A stretch of 64,000 bases of DNA from Azolla caroliniana (taxonomy: Eukaryota; Plantae; Polypodiophyta), in contig JBHGNT010000017.1 of the NCBI GenBank assembly GCA_043228905.1, forward strand, positions 9,548,001 through 9,612,000, in the 5' to 3' direction. A program made the position numbers and the translations under genes. Positions 36,795-47,920 of this stretch are shown piece by piece. The notes under the pieces were generated by a model, which saw only the letters and a program-made list of their open reading frames with translations, was not told the DNA's origin and searched no databases. Within the stretch, counting starts at the first letter, position 1, and the number at the start of each line of letters is the position of its first letter.

Positions 36795-37628
36795 TGTCGT
36801 AGTGTAGGTTGCACACTATGCGGAAATTATATTTTTGTCCCTCCGGATAGAGAATGGAGTGCTCGGTGAGAACCGGAAGAAAACGGCATACCGGCAAGGA
36901 GGAAAAACGGCATACCGGCAAGGAGGAAAAAGGCATACCGGCAAGGAAGAAAACGGCATACCGGCAAGGAAGAGCCGGATAAAGAGACATAAATGTAAAA
37001 AAAGGAAATACTCACTACTGCGCAGGGCGTGATTCAAACTCTGCACCTCCACGTTGACAAACCCCAACCTTACCATTACATTAAATTATCTTAAGTGTTT
37101 TAAATATAGATTTAATATGTATAAGACCTTTATTTATGCATACCTTTATTAAAAGGTAAATCGTGTATTTTTTTAATATATGAAAAAGAAAAAACACGAG
37201 ACACTAAAAATAACTCATGCACATCTAGCGTGCATGAGCCCTATACTTAGGAAAAAAAAAAAAAAAAAGCATCACATGCACATTTAGTGTGCATGAACAT
37301 ATGAGAAAAAGCATGTAGCTATGCTTAGTCTCTCCCATCACTATATAAGGATGGGGAGCACATTGTAGTTGTTGTTGATTTTTTTTTGGATTAAGAATTA
37401 ATCAATACAAAAATTATTCGTGGGATTCACGATTTATACATCTACTTCTCTCTTAACACCCTAAGTACCAATTAATATAGTATACTCGTGTGATTCACGA
37501 GTTTCTTATCTTTCTCTTTGCTATTTACTCATAATTAATCTCTATCTCACGAACTCCTTTCTCCTAGTCCAAGACCTCTGTGGTTCCCACCCGACTCACG
37601 CAACGATCCGGAGCCGAAAGGCACGACA
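36795..37628 (+). repeat. 5' LTR (834 bp) with four copies of a 23-bp unit
   Basis: Direct repeat of 43296-44151; TATATAA at 37342. Confidence 0.95.
37018..37083 (-). other. tRNA-like module in the intact Gypsy-A LTR (second copy at 43541-43606)
   Basis: Minus strand reads TAATGTAATGGTAAG...GGAGGTGCAGAGTTTGAATC; alignable with 32681-32750; B-box imperfect. Confidence 0.55.
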
Positions 37629-37632
37629 CAGT

Positions 37633-37650
37633 TGGTGAACCCGACGTGAA
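37633..37650 (+). promoter_or_regulatory. PBS complementary to tRNA-Trp
   Basis: TGGTGAACCCGACGTGAA is the reverse complement of TTCACGTCGGGTTCA-CCA, the 3' end of plant cytosolic tRNA-Trp. Confidence 0.88.
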
Positions 37651-37666
37651 GACGGGTGGCAAGGAG

Positions 37667-39706
37667 ATGGAGGCTCAACAAGCTAACAATATGATGGCGA
37701 TGTTCGAACGGATGCTTCAAGAACAACGCACGATGTCGGAGATTTCGGCATCAGTAGAGCGGCTCGTGCAACGCAACGGGCAATTTAATGGTAAGGATGT
37801 GTCGCGATATTTGCAGGACTACAAGGCGGAGATGCTCCGGTGCCGGGCTTCGGAAGGACTGCAAGTGACATCCTTTAACCGGGTGGCGACCAACGGGCTT
37901 CAAGGGAGTATCCACGGGTTGCAACAACAAAATCCGACGTGGGAAGCATTCGAAGAGGCGTTAAAGACCACGTTTGCCATCGAGGACTCCTCCAAGGCAA
38001 CGCGGAGGGGATTCGAGGATTGGGTGGAAACGTCAGGTAAGGGGCTGAAGGTCCTCGAAGTGTTTTCGACATTCGAAAGTCGGTTCGGGAGGTTGTCCGC
38101 GAGAGATCAAACTATTCTTGCACCGGACAAAGTCATCATGTTTTTGCGAGCTGTGGACGTCCGGGACCGGAAAGATCTCGGAGTGCTTCTTGAGGACACG
38201 ACCACCGAAAACGGCCTCACCGAAACATGGGAAAGCATGCGGGATATCGTCGCGCGGTACACGAAGAGGGGGCAATGGCTTGCCAACGAAGAAAAGAGGG
38301 TTTCGGAACCGATTCCGAAACCGAGAACGGGACTGGAAGACCATCAGCCGAGGGCTCGGGAGATTACGGCCGAGAAGGGAGTCGACGTGTCTACGGTGGA
38401 GCAGCTGCTGAAGGAGATGGAGAATCTAAAGATCGCGATGGTGAAGAAGTTGGATGACCGCCCCACAAGCTCCAAATATACGGATCGACGGTGCATATGG
38501 TGCGATAGCGCCGAACACGATCGGAGGGATTGCGACGACCATAAGGAGGCACTACGACGGGATCTCATCTACTACGAGGGAAACCGGATTCATTCGATGG
38601 ACTCTCGGAAGCCACTCCGACCGAACTTCCGGAAAGGCGGCATGAAGAAGGTGCTCGAGGAGGAGTTAGCGGCAAGAAGCAACTATGCGACAACCGCGGG
38701 AATATGTGTCGGGGAGTCATCGGGAGCGAAGGCGTCTTTCTGGCCGGAGGTGCTAGGAAACACCGAGAAAACCGACTCCAACGATATCCGAAACACTGCG
38801 GAAGGCGTCCGGGAAGCTACGGGATGGGAGTGCCCTGTCGACAAGAATAGCATATACGCCCTGTGTCAATTACATGAGGTGTATGTGGACGAGAAACGAC
38901 GGCGCACGGAGGATGCGGCCGGACCATCGAAGATACCGGAAAGCTGGAACTCCGGAGGTAAGGGAAAAGAAAAGGCGACTCCGGCATTCAAGCTCGCCTC
39001 GGACATAGAACAACAAACCGACTTGAAAAGAGTGTTCGAGGAAAGAATCTTGGATAGCCGGGTAGATTTTTCGCTGCGGGAACTACTCGGAATAGCGAAG
39101 AAGGAGTTTCACGATCTTCTCGTGGATCTCGTGAAAAGGAAGAGACAAAGTACGGAGGAAAATGCTCCAAGGGTGAATGCAAATACCGTTTCAATGAACG
39201 ACACCGAAGTGGAAGGCGAAATTCCGAACTCCCACTATACAAGGCCACACTGGGCACGTGCGACTACGGAGACTCCGGTCCGAATCGGCAACATCAAAGA
39301 ACCCGTGCTAGCATTGATTGATCACGGATCGGAGATCAACTTGATGTCCAAGGAGTTCTACCGAAAGGGGAAGTGGCCTATAAACACCAACCATGGATGG
39401 AAGATTCGGGCAGCCACGAAAACGACAGAAGACCTATTTGCGGCTTGTCCGGATGTGACGGTAAAGATCGGGGATGTCGAAATTGACCAAAATTTCTTTG
39501 TGCAGGATGAGGTTTCACATTCTGTCATCCTCGGCCAACCCTTTATCACGGCTTCACGGATGGAGACGAAGGTGCTCGATAGTGGTGCGGCTTTTGCGCG
39601 AATTCGGAGCCAAAACGGAGGGAAATCTGTCAAATTCCTAACGGTGCCGGCAAATCACGAAAGGAACAAGAGGGAACTCTTGCCCCAAGTGAGAATGGAT
39701 TTTTAA
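37667..39706 (+). CDS. gag: ORF1: Gag (CCHC knuckle) plus aspartic protease
   Basis: First ATG after the PBS; CIWCDSAEHDRRDC; LIDHGSEINL...VILGQPF; stop TAA. Confidence 0.92.
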   Translation: MEAQQANNMMAMFERMLQEQRTMSEISASVERLVQRNGQFNGKDVSRYLQDYKAEMLRCRASEGLQVTSFNRVATNGLQGSIHGLQQQNPTWEAFEEALKTTFAIEDSSKATRRGFEDWVETSGKGLKVLEVFSTFESRFGRLSARDQTILAPDKVIMFLRAVDVRDRKDLGVLLEDTTTENGLTETWESMRDIVARYTKRGQWLANEEKRVSEPIPKPRTGLEDHQPRAREITAEKGVDVSTVEQLLKEMENLKIAMVKKLDDRPTSSKYTDRRCIWCDSAEHDRRDCDDHKEALRRDLIYYEGNRIHSMDSRKPLRPNFRKGGMKKVLEEELAARSNYATTAGICVGESSGAKASFWPEVLGNTEKTDSNDIRNTAEGVREATGWECPVDKNSIYALCQLHEVYVDEKRRRTEDAAGPSKIPESWNSGGKGKEKATPAFKLASDIEQQTDLKRVFEERILDSRVDFSLRELLGIAKKEFHDLLVDLVKRKRQSTEENAPRVNANTVSMNDTEVEGEIPNSHYTRPHWARATTETPVRIGNIKEPVLALIDHGSEINLMSKEFYRKGKWPINTNHGWKIRAATKTTEDLFAACPDVTVKIGDVEIDQNFFVQDEVSHSVILGQPFITASRMETKVLDSGAAFARIRSQNGGKSVKFLTVPANHERNKRELLPQVRMDF

Positions 39707-39760
39707 AGCGGACTGTTGCGGAGTGGGGAAGTGATAGTCCGAGAAGCCCTGATACCCCAC
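39697..39760 (+). promoter_or_regulatory. -1 ribosomal frameshift signal (G_GAT_TTT plus H-type pseudoknot)
   Basis: Slippery heptamer directly before the ORF1 stop; 5-nt spacer; 11-bp stem 39709-39719/39731-39741; loop GTGGGG pairs with CCCCAC at 39755-39760. Confidence 0.85.
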
Positions 39761-42700
39761 ACAGGAAGAAAACTCTCGGAGCAAAACAAGTACGAATCGG
39801 CCCGGATGGGGCATCTACGTACACGGCTGTAACCGGAGGAATGAAGAAACAATACCGACAAGTGGAGGATAAGTTACGGTCGGCATCAATAATAAAAGAA
39901 GACGAAGAAATCGTGGGAGTAATCGAGGAAGTGTTCTATGGGAATACACTACAACGGCTTGAAGAGCTTGCGGAAGATAAAAGCCAAGGGAACCGGGTAG
40001 TCCCGGTGGAATCGGTCGAGATGTACGAGATCGTTGCGAAAATGGGGCCGGATGCGCTCCGCAAAGAAGAAGCAATGGTAAGTACGAAATACAAGACCGT
40101 GGAGAAGAAGGTGAAACCGGCCGCGGGACCACTACCCGCCGATAGCGAACAAAAGAAGAAAGAAGTCTCGGGAGATCCGACACTTCGGAAGTCCGTGGAT
40201 ATCGGACATGCCTTCACAGATGAGACCCGGAAGAAACTTCGGATCGGTGGAGGTGGGTTCCTCTTACAAGAAGAAGAAAAACGGTTTCGAGAGATGTTGG
40301 AGCAACATGGCAAAGCATTCGCGTTCACATCGAGGGAGATCGGATGCATTGATCCAAAGATAGTGGAGCCGATGGTGATTTTCACGATCGATCATGTACC
40401 GTGGAACCTGAAGCCGATTCCGGTGCCACGGGCGCATATTCCGAAAGTCATCGACTTGCTCAAGGAGAAGGTGGCGATGGGGATTCTAGAGCCATCAAGT
40501 GCTCCGTACTCAAATCGATGGTTTACGGTTCCGAAGAAGAATGGGTCACTCCGATTCATCCAAGACTTGCAACCGGTGAACAAGGTCACGATCCGGAACT
40601 CGGGAGTCGGTCCGATAGTGGACGAATTCGCGGAAGCTTTTGCCGGACGTGCGATATACTCCATCGGGGACCTATACTCGGGGTATGACCAATTCCAACT
40701 AGCCGTGGAGAGCCGAGACATCACTACCATGCGGACACCGATAGGACTAGTTCGAATGTGCACACTACCACAAGGAGCGACAAACTCGGTTGCACATATG
40801 ATGAACGCGATGAACAAGGTGCTTCGAGATTGCATTCCGGAGATAACGATGCCGTTTCTAGATGACATTCCGATGAAAGGATGCGCGGTGGAAGAAAAAG
40901 ATGAGACTATGGATGATCGGGGATGCCGAAAGTTCGTGGTCGACCATATTCATGATTGCGAGAAAGTGTTGCGAAAGCTAGAAGATGTGCACCTAACACT
41001 TTCCGGGGAGAAATCGGCATTCGGGCAAGAAGAAATATTGGTGGTCGGACATCTATGTGGACCCTACGGCCGAAGACCGTCACCAACAAAGATCGATGCG
41101 ATTCAAGCTATGAAGGAAGTATGTGAGTCAACATCGGAAGTCCGAAGGTTTCTGGGTGCGTGTGCATTCTATCACATATGGATTCCGCACTATGCACATA
41201 TAGCGGACCCGCTCTATCACTTGTTGCGGAAAGGTAAGAAATTTGAGTGGAAACCGGAACACACTAAAGCCATGAGGAAGCTCAAGAAGACACTATGGAG
41301 GGCGGAATCACTTAAGAAGCCAAGCTACGAGCGGCCAATCATAGTAACGGTTGATACAAGTCCAACCGGTATCGGGTGGGTCATCAATCAAGCCGACTCG
41401 GATGGTTCGCGGTATCCGATCCGATTTGGAGCAAAGGTCCTCAACGAAAGGCAACGCGGATATGCACAAGTCAAAAGAGAATTGTGGGGAGTCGTGTCGG
41501 CGATAAAATCGGATCGGGATTATTTGATCGGAGCTGAAGTGGTGATCGAGACGGATTGTCTTCCGATACTCGGGATGATGCGGTGTTGTACGATACCGGA
41601 TGTGGCTATGCTAAGGTGGATTGCATATGTCAAGTCACTTAATCCGGAGGTTCGACACATCTCGGGGAAGGACAACGCGGTAGCGGACATGTTATCGAGG
41701 GCGCGGTTTGAAGACGACATAACCGAATCAGATAATGAAGAAGTTTCCGAAGACTACTTCACGTCAGAACACATATGCCGAGTGAACGTGATCCGAGAAT
41801 TCCGGGAAGAAGAATACGAGGGGGAAACCTTGATGATCGGGAAGATGCTACAAGAGGTCGAGGATTCAACCAATGATAAAGAAAGGAGAGCCGAGATCCG
41901 AAGGAAGAAGAGGCAAGTCCAAAAGTTCTTCTTGGAAAACGGTTTAATATGGAGGACGCCGAAAAGACCGGATGGGATACCACTTCGAGTAGTCGGGACG
42001 AAAGAGCAACGAAACCGGATAATATCCGAGTTCCACGAATCCGATTGGGCTGGACATCGAGGAACATGGGCAACTTTTGTGAAAATCAAGCAAAGATATT
42101 GGTGGAAGAACATGTATAAAGATGTCGCGGAGTTCACAGAAAGCTGCGAGAAATGTCAAGTCTACTCCGGGGTCCGACACCGAGATGAGCTGCATCCGAC
42201 ATTCTCACCGACAATCAACTTCAAGTGGATGGTCGACATTGTAGCTATGCCGACCGGGATTGGACAAAAGAAATACTTGGTGTTAGCTCGAGAAGATCTC
42301 ACAAACCAAGTTGAAGGTCGAGCGCTTCGGAGGAAAACGTGTGCCGCGGTGTGCCAATTTCTTTTGGAAGAAGTGTTTTGTAGGTACGGCTGCATAGGAC
42401 AAGTGATTGCGGACCGGGGAGAACTCGACTCGGACAAAGCTAGGGGATTCTTCGCCAAACATGGAGTTCGGTTAACGTTGACAACGGCCTACAATCCGGA
42501 GGCCAACGGGAAGATCGAACGAGGACATAGTCCGATCGTGAAAGCACTTGCGAAGGCATGCGACGGAAGGGTGAAGGATTGGCCACAAATGCTTCCGTAT
42601 GCACTATGGGCGGATCGGACGACGCATAGCTCCGTGACCGGTTACATGCCGGCAGAACTCATGACCGGACAAGCACCGGTAATGCCAACGGAAACCGCAA

Positions 42701-43308
42701 TCGCGACATGGACAATACTACCGTGGAAGGAAGAGATGAGCCGGGAAGAACTACTAGCGGTCCGGATACGACAACTGGAGGGAAGACCGAAAGATGTAGC
42801 GGAAGCGTCACGCCGACAACAAGAAGCACGGTTCCGGAACAAAAGCCGGTTCGACACAAAGCACCGACTACGACCGAGGAGGATTGAAGAAGGAGATTGG
42901 GTGATCGTCTATGATAGTAGCTTGGACCATCAACATACAACGATGCGGAAATTCGCGAAAAGGTGGTTCGGGCCGTACGAGGTTCGGAAGGTCTTCGACA
43001 ACGGGACGTACCGACTGTCCGAGTTGGATGGAACAATACTACGAGTGCCTATAGCCGGGAAGCGGGTGAAGATTTTCAAGAAGCGGACCGACGACAAACC
43101 TTATGTGATCCAAGTCGAGGCCGACAACGAGGAGCAATCGGACGAAGACCACAATGATGCGGGAAGCGAAGAAAGTGGATTACAACTCATAGTTGACATA
43201 AGGGGAGAATCGGAGGAAGCTTCGGATGAAGACGGATACGAAGAATCAAGAACTTCGGCACATACCGGAGGATGTGCGGGTTTGGAGGGGGCGAGTGTCG
43301 TAGTGTAG
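39697..43308 (+). CDS. pol: ORF2: Pol (RT, RNase H, integrase), probably reached by -1 frameshift
   Basis: Frame is open from 39583 through the ATG at 39841; DLYSGYDQ, LPQGATNS, FLDD, VDTS/ETDC RNase H, HHCC, D-D-E (MVD, ADRG, IER) and GPY motifs; stop lies inside the 3' LTR. Confidence 0.93.
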   Translation, partial: GFLKRTVAEWGSDSPRSPDTPHRKKTLGAKQVRIGPDGASTYTAVTGGMKKQYRQVEDKLRSASIIKEDEEIVGVIEEVFYGNTLQRLEELAEDKSQGNRVVPVESVEMYEIVAKMGPDALRKEEAMVSTKYKTVEKKVKPAAGPLPADSEQKKKEVSGDPTLRKSVDIGHAFTDETRKKLRIGGGGFLLQEEEKRFREMLEQHGKAFAFTSREIGCIDPKIVEPMVIFTIDHVPWNLKPIPVPRAHIPKVIDLLKEKVAMGILEPSSAPYSNRWFTVPKKNGSLRFIQDLQPVNKVTIRNSGVGPIVDEFAEAFAGRAIYSIGDLYSGYDQFQLAVESRDITTMRTPIGLVRMCTLPQGATNSVAHMMNAMNKVLRDCIPEITMPFLDDIPMKGCAVEEKDETMDDRGCRKFVVDHIHDCEKVLRKLEDVHLTLSGEKSAFGQEEILVVGHLCGPYGRRPSPTKIDAIQAMKEVCESTSEVRRFLGACAFYHIWIPHYAHIADPLYHLLRKGKKFEWKPEHTKAMRKLKKTLWRAESLKKPSYERPIIVTVDTSPTGIGWVINQADSDGSRYPIRFGAKVLNERQRGYAQVKRELWGVVSAIKSDRDYLIGAEVVIETDCLPILGMMRCCTIPDVAMLRWIAYVKSLNPEVRHISGKDNAVADMLSRARFEDDITESDNEEVSEDYFTSEHICRVNVIREFREEEYEGETLMIGKMLQEVEDSTNDKERRAEIRRKKRQVQKFFLENGLIWRTPKRPDGIPLRVVGTKEQRNRIISEFHESDWAGHRGTWATFVKIKQRYWWKNMYKDVAEFTESCEKCQVYSGVRHRDELHPTFSPTINFKWMVDIVAMPTGIGQKKYLVLAREDLTNQVEGRALRRKTCAAVCQFLLEEVFCRYGCIGQVIADRGELDSDKARGFFAKHGVRLTLTTAYNPEANGKIERGHSPIVKALAKACDGRVKDWPQMLPYALWADRTTHSSVTGYMPAELMTGQAPVMPTETAIATWTILPWKEEMSREELLAVRIRQLEGRPKDVAEASRRQQEARFRNKSRFDTKHRLRPRRIEEGDWVIVYDSSLDHQHTTMRKFAKRWFGPYEVRKVFDNGTYRLSELDGTILRVPIAGKRVKIFKKRTDDKPYVIQVEADNEEQSDEDHNDAGSEESGLQLIVDIRGESEEASDEDGYEESRTSAHTGGCAGLEGASVVV
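43284..43295 (+). promoter_or_regulatory. Polypurine tract
   Basis: GGAGGGGGCGAG immediately 5' of the 3' LTR. Confidence 0.8.
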
Positions 43309-44151
43309 GTTGCACACTATGCGGAAATTATATTTTTGTCCCTCCGGATAGAGAATGGAGTGCTCGGTGAGAACCGGAAGAAAACGGCATACCGGCAAGG
43401 AGGAAAACGGCATACCGGCAAGGAGGAAAACGGCATACCGGCAAGGAGGAAAAAGGCATACCGGCAAGGAAGAAAACGGCATACCGGCAAGGAAGAGCCG
43501 GATAAAGAGACATAAATGTAAAAAAAGGAAATACTCACTACTGCGCAGGGCGTGATTCAAACTCTGCACCTCCACGTTGACAAACCCCAACCTTACCATT
43601 ACATTAAATTATCTTAAGTGTTTTAAATATAGATTTAATATGTATAAGACCTTTATTTATGCATACCTTTATTAAAAGGTAAATCGTGTATTTTTTTAAT
43701 ATATGAAAAAGAAAAAACACGAGACACTAAAAATAACTCATGCACATCTAGCGTGCATGAGCCCTATACTTAGGAAAAAAAAAAAAAAAAAGCATCACAT
43801 GCACATTTAGTGTGCATGAACATATGAGAAAAAGCATGTAGCTATGCTTAGTCTCTCCCATCACTATATAAGGATGGGGAGCACATTGTAGTTGTTGTTG
43901 ATTTTTTTTTGGATTAAGAATTAATCAATACAAAAATTATTCGTGGGATTCACGATTTATACATCTACTTCTCTCTTAACACCCTAAGTACCAATTAATA
44001 TAGTATACTCGTGTGATTCACGAGTTTCTTATCTTTCTCTTTGCTATTTACTCATAATTAATCTCTATCTCACGAACTCCTTTCTCCTAGTCCAAGACCT
44101 CTGTGGTTCCCACCCGACTCACGCAACGATCCGGAGCCGAAAGGCACGACA
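43296..44151 (+). repeat. 3' LTR (856 bp) with five copies of the 23-bp unit
   Basis: Direct repeat of the 5' LTR. Confidence 0.95.
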
Positions 44152-44155
44152 ACGG

Positions 44156-45183
44156 GTTATCTCAATTCCTAGGATTAAAAGTAATCCTTCCTTCTTTACA
44201 CTCTTGATTAACCGTCACACTTTATCCTCGTGTATAAAATACTACGATACAACTTACCATGGGATAAATTATAGTCATGCTTGTAACATACTCCCTCTCT
44301 TTAAAACATTGCACTCTTGCAATGAAAAGTTATGAAAGTTAGTTTTAATGGTGTCTTCTCGTTCCCACGTAACATATTTGATAGATTTATCCATCCATTT
44401 AACTTTAAATTCTTGAATTGTTTTAGAACGTTTAACATTGAGAATCTTCTCTAGTACATGTGGTTTAGAAGCTAAATATTCAAAAGTAACCAGAGTTCCA
44501 GTTGTAACTGTATTGTCTCCAGAACCAAGAAGTTCTTTTAAACAACTTACATGAAAAATTTGATGGATTCCGACCATCAAGAATAGCGAGTCAATAGGCT
44601 AATGAACCAATGCGTTTGAGGATTGTGAAAGGTCCACAAAACTGTGGGGCTAACTTAGCACACTTACCCATAGACAATGTCTTAGAATTGTGAGGTACGT
44701 GCAAAAATACCTTCTGCCGAGGTTTGAATACTCGAGGTTGCCTATGATGATCGGCATAAAAACATGCACTATCTTGAGTTGTTTTTATATTATCTTGTGC
44801 TATATGCAAAATATCTTGCATATCCCTTAGAAAGTTTTGCATAATTTGCAACTCATCATGTTGTATATTAACATCAATCGGGGCTCGTGGCTGAAAACCA
44901 TACATCAACATAAACGGAGTATATCCTGTCAATGTATGTTTGGAGTTGTTATAAGAAAACTCCAAAATTGGGAGATAACGTTCCCATTTTTCTGGTTTCG
45001 TAGCGACGTATGCTTAGAGCGTGTCCTCAATAATTTGATTTACTCATTCTGTCTGTCCACCAGATTGAGAATGATTCGTGGAGCTCACGCTCAATGTAGT
45101 TTCTAACTTCATTACGACTTTCGTCCAAAAGTCGTTAGTGAACTTTGGATGTCGATCACTCACAATATCCATTGGAAACCCAT
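44156..45183 (-). mobile_element. 3' part of a chromodomain-bearing gypsy (family G): integrase core, GPF, chromodomain, PPT, LTR start
   Basis: GFPMDIVSDR, GQTE, EFSYNNS, FCGPF, EKIL..EFKVKW....VTWE; PPT AAAGAGAGGGAG followed by TGTTACA at 44287. Confidence 0.85.
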
Positions 45184-45549
45184 TGTCGTGGAATTCCATG
45201 AGAATGCATTGAAATGAGGCGGGACCACCGAGCTCTCGGACCAAGGAGCCAGTAATAAATGGAAGGTTGTCTAGATCGTTGTCCGGATAACTCAATCGGA
45301 TCAGTTTCTGGATGCCGGGAGCTGAGCGCTCGGCTCAGTGACAAATACTGCTTCGGACCGGTAGCCGGGTAGCAACAACGAGCTCACGGCTCACACGAAC
45401 GGATACGCACACGTAACAAAACTAGAACGGAGACAGGAACACAGCTCAAGACACGACAATGCAAGAAGGACTAAGATAACGAACTATTAATTAACAAAGA
45501 AACCCGGAATATTACAACCGGTCTCGGTTGGTAGCAAAGCTTCAAGCTC

Positions 45550-45580
<31 letters not shown>

Positions 45581-47920
45581 TAACGAGCCTCTAGTTGGGA
45601 GCTCATGGGCTTCTTACGTGAGCAGAGGACTCCGTCCTCTTCTAGAAATCAGTGCAGAACAGAAACGGAGTGAATGACAGAGCTCAGATCTCAAACCGGC
45701 AACACTTCGTTCTCCAAATGGTGGATACCTCCCTCAGTCTTTTCTCCTCCTTTTATTGCTCAAGGAGGGAGAGGCCGTTACATCAAGTGTAAAGACGACC
45801 ACTTTTCATTCACATTTTCCCCTCGATCTCCTACAATCGATCAACTTTATTCCTTTATTCGTGTGGCCATAAAGTACTTATCAAATCCTTGCTTCCTAGT
45901 ATTCCACAACACTCAACTAATACTATGTTATTTACACATGTTGCTCCAAAAAGATAGTTTCGTGTGCATCCGTGCACACCTGTGTTCACATGCATCTCGG
46001 TCCCTTTTCTCCTAGTAACCAGAATCCATCACAACATCCACCCCCACTAAACCGCACATCCTCTGACATGTGCCAAGTAGTGAAACGGTGGGGATTCTGT
46101 CTTGGTCTTCACTCATCTTCTTCCGAACCATCATCAATCCGGTCCTCGTCCGGCTCTGGCTCTGGCTCCGGCTCTGACTCCTTGCTCTCATCCGTGCTCC
46201 TGACCTCTTCCTCCGGATCTGGTTCGACTTCATGATGCTTCTTGAAGGCCTTTATGCGATTTACGGTAAACGGTACTGCTATCCTCGTACCATCGAGCTC
46301 GACCAAATGGTATGTCGCGTTGATGTTGACGCTCGTCACCACGTAAGGCCCGGACCATCACCGTGTAAACTTCTCGAACCGGCCCTTGTTCTTCTTCCGC
46401 GTCTTCGCTATCCTTACCACGTCTTCCGGCCTCTGCTCGAGTTGTCGGATCCTCGCCACCAATAGTTCCTCCCGACTCATCTCCTATGTACAGTCGACTA
46501 CCAACCACGCCGATCGTCCTTTCCACCGGCATTTCCGGCCTCCGCTCGAGTTGCACATTCAACGTCTTCTGGCCTCCGCTCGAGTTGCACATTCAACGTC
46601 TTCTGGCCTCCGCTCGAGTTGCACGTTCAACGTCTTTTGGCCTCCGCTCGAGTTGCACGTTCAACGTCTTCCGGTCTCCGCTCGAGTTCCACGTTCAACG
46701 TCTTCCGGCCTCCGCTCGAGTTGCCGGATCCTCGCCGCCAATAGTTCCTCCCGACTCATGTCCTCTGTACCGTGGACTACCAACCACGACGATCTTCCTT
46801 TCCACCGGCATGATTGGCTTCTGCACGAACATGAGTTCGGACGACCTGTATCCGATCACCGAACTATGAGTAGTCCGATCGGCCCATAAAGCATAGGGTA
46901 GGAGTCTCGACAAGTTGCCGACCTGTCTGTCACAGGCTCTCACGATCACATGCGCTCGACCTTCCCATTTACCTCTAGATTGTACACCGGCATGAGGGAA
47001 ACCTTGATCCCTAGTTAGTCAAATAGCTCTTCGGCTTCTTGTGCATCTAGTTCCCCTCGGCTGACTACGATCTTACCCACACAATCGTTTTGACAAATCA
47101 CATCTCTGATCAGGAACCAACATACGACTTCAGTCTTCTTCATCATCAACGCTCGACCTTCCACCTGGTTTGTCAGGTCCTCTCTCGTGAGACCCAGGTA
47201 ACTCATCTGCCCTTCCCATTACCCGTCCGGTACGGCGCACCTCAACCTTCTCGGTCAGCTTGTTTGTGCCACCCCCATCGGCATTGTCACCAGGTCGACC
47301 ATCTACTTGAAGTGAATAGCCGACGGGTAGGTCAGGTGGAGCTCGTCGTGGTGTCACGATAAATTCCCGGAATGCATCTGACAACTCTTGCATGTCATCA
47401 CGAAGTGGTGCACATCACAATACATTCTCGGCCACCAATACTTCTGCTTTAACTTCACGAACATGGTCAGTGTGCCTCGTGTCCGGACCAGGGGCTTTCA
47501 CCACCACCCGGAGTGGTGCGCCGACCCACTTCTTCGAATGTCGCCAACTCTTGTCGTTCCGTAGGAAGAACCAGTAAGACTTATTCCTTATCCTACTTGC
47601 TTGCTCCTTTGTCCACAATGTGTCTGGTGTCATAGTGCTCCTGAACTTACCGATCTAGAGCCATTCCCCATTGTAGCTGTTCTCATCAAACTCGTTCAGG
47701 GCCAGAGTGCTCCGTTCATTTGCTGACATTCGAGCTGACTTGAAGAAGTCCTCGCCGACTTCTTCGTCGTCGTCCTCATTCTCGAACCATGTCCTCGATA
47801 GCATATGAGCCATGGTGTTGCCATTTCCGGAGATGTGCCATATCTCCAGATTCAGGGACTTGATGTACGCGATCCACCTGAGCATTGCTAGGTCCGGAGT
47901 CGCACATCTAGAAACCATAT
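45184..47920 (-). mobile_element. Gypsy-A 3' fragment (RNase H end, integrase, 3' LTR 45184-46036), decayed
   Basis: AMLRWIAYIKSL, REDLTNQVEGRAL, LPYALWADRTTHSS; PPT-like GGGGGTGGA at 46037-46045; cut by Copia-C at 47921. Confidence 0.88.
46537..46723. repeat. Tandem array of a 34-bp unit (five full copies plus a partial one) inside integrase
   Basis: GGCCTCCGCTCGAGTTGCACRTTCAACGTCTTYY at 46537, 46571, 46605, 46639, 46673 and 46707. Confidence 0.9.

Larger units (their letters stand above)
36795..44151 (+). mobile_element. Intact, young Gypsy-A LTR retrotransposon (7357 bp)
   Basis: LTRs 36795-37628 and 43296-44151 (TGTCGT..ACGACA), identical by eye apart from the tandem array; TSD ACGG; Trp PBS; PPT; two uninterrupted ORFs. 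Confidence 0.97.

Noticed and set aside
36878-36975. 23-bp repeats as a CRISPR or iteron array
   Set aside because: They are contiguous tandem units inside an LTR with no spacers.
37580-37666. GTG-initiated N-terminal extension of ORF1
   Set aside because: It begins inside the LTR and crosses the PBS; the ATG at 37667 matches the gag start position in the 4648 copy.
39936-43036. Antisense ORFs opposite pol, here and throughout the window
   Set aside because: They are shadow ORFs of coding sequence with no recognisable motifs.
33166-45183. CCAT at 33166 and 45180 as a TSD pair
   Set aside because: The two flanks lie between the LTRs rather than outside them and the LTRs are dissimilar, so they cannot bound one element.
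46537-46723. CRISPR-like array of about 34-bp repeats
   Set aside because: The units are head-to-tail with no unique spacers, derive from integrase codons, and there are no cas genes.
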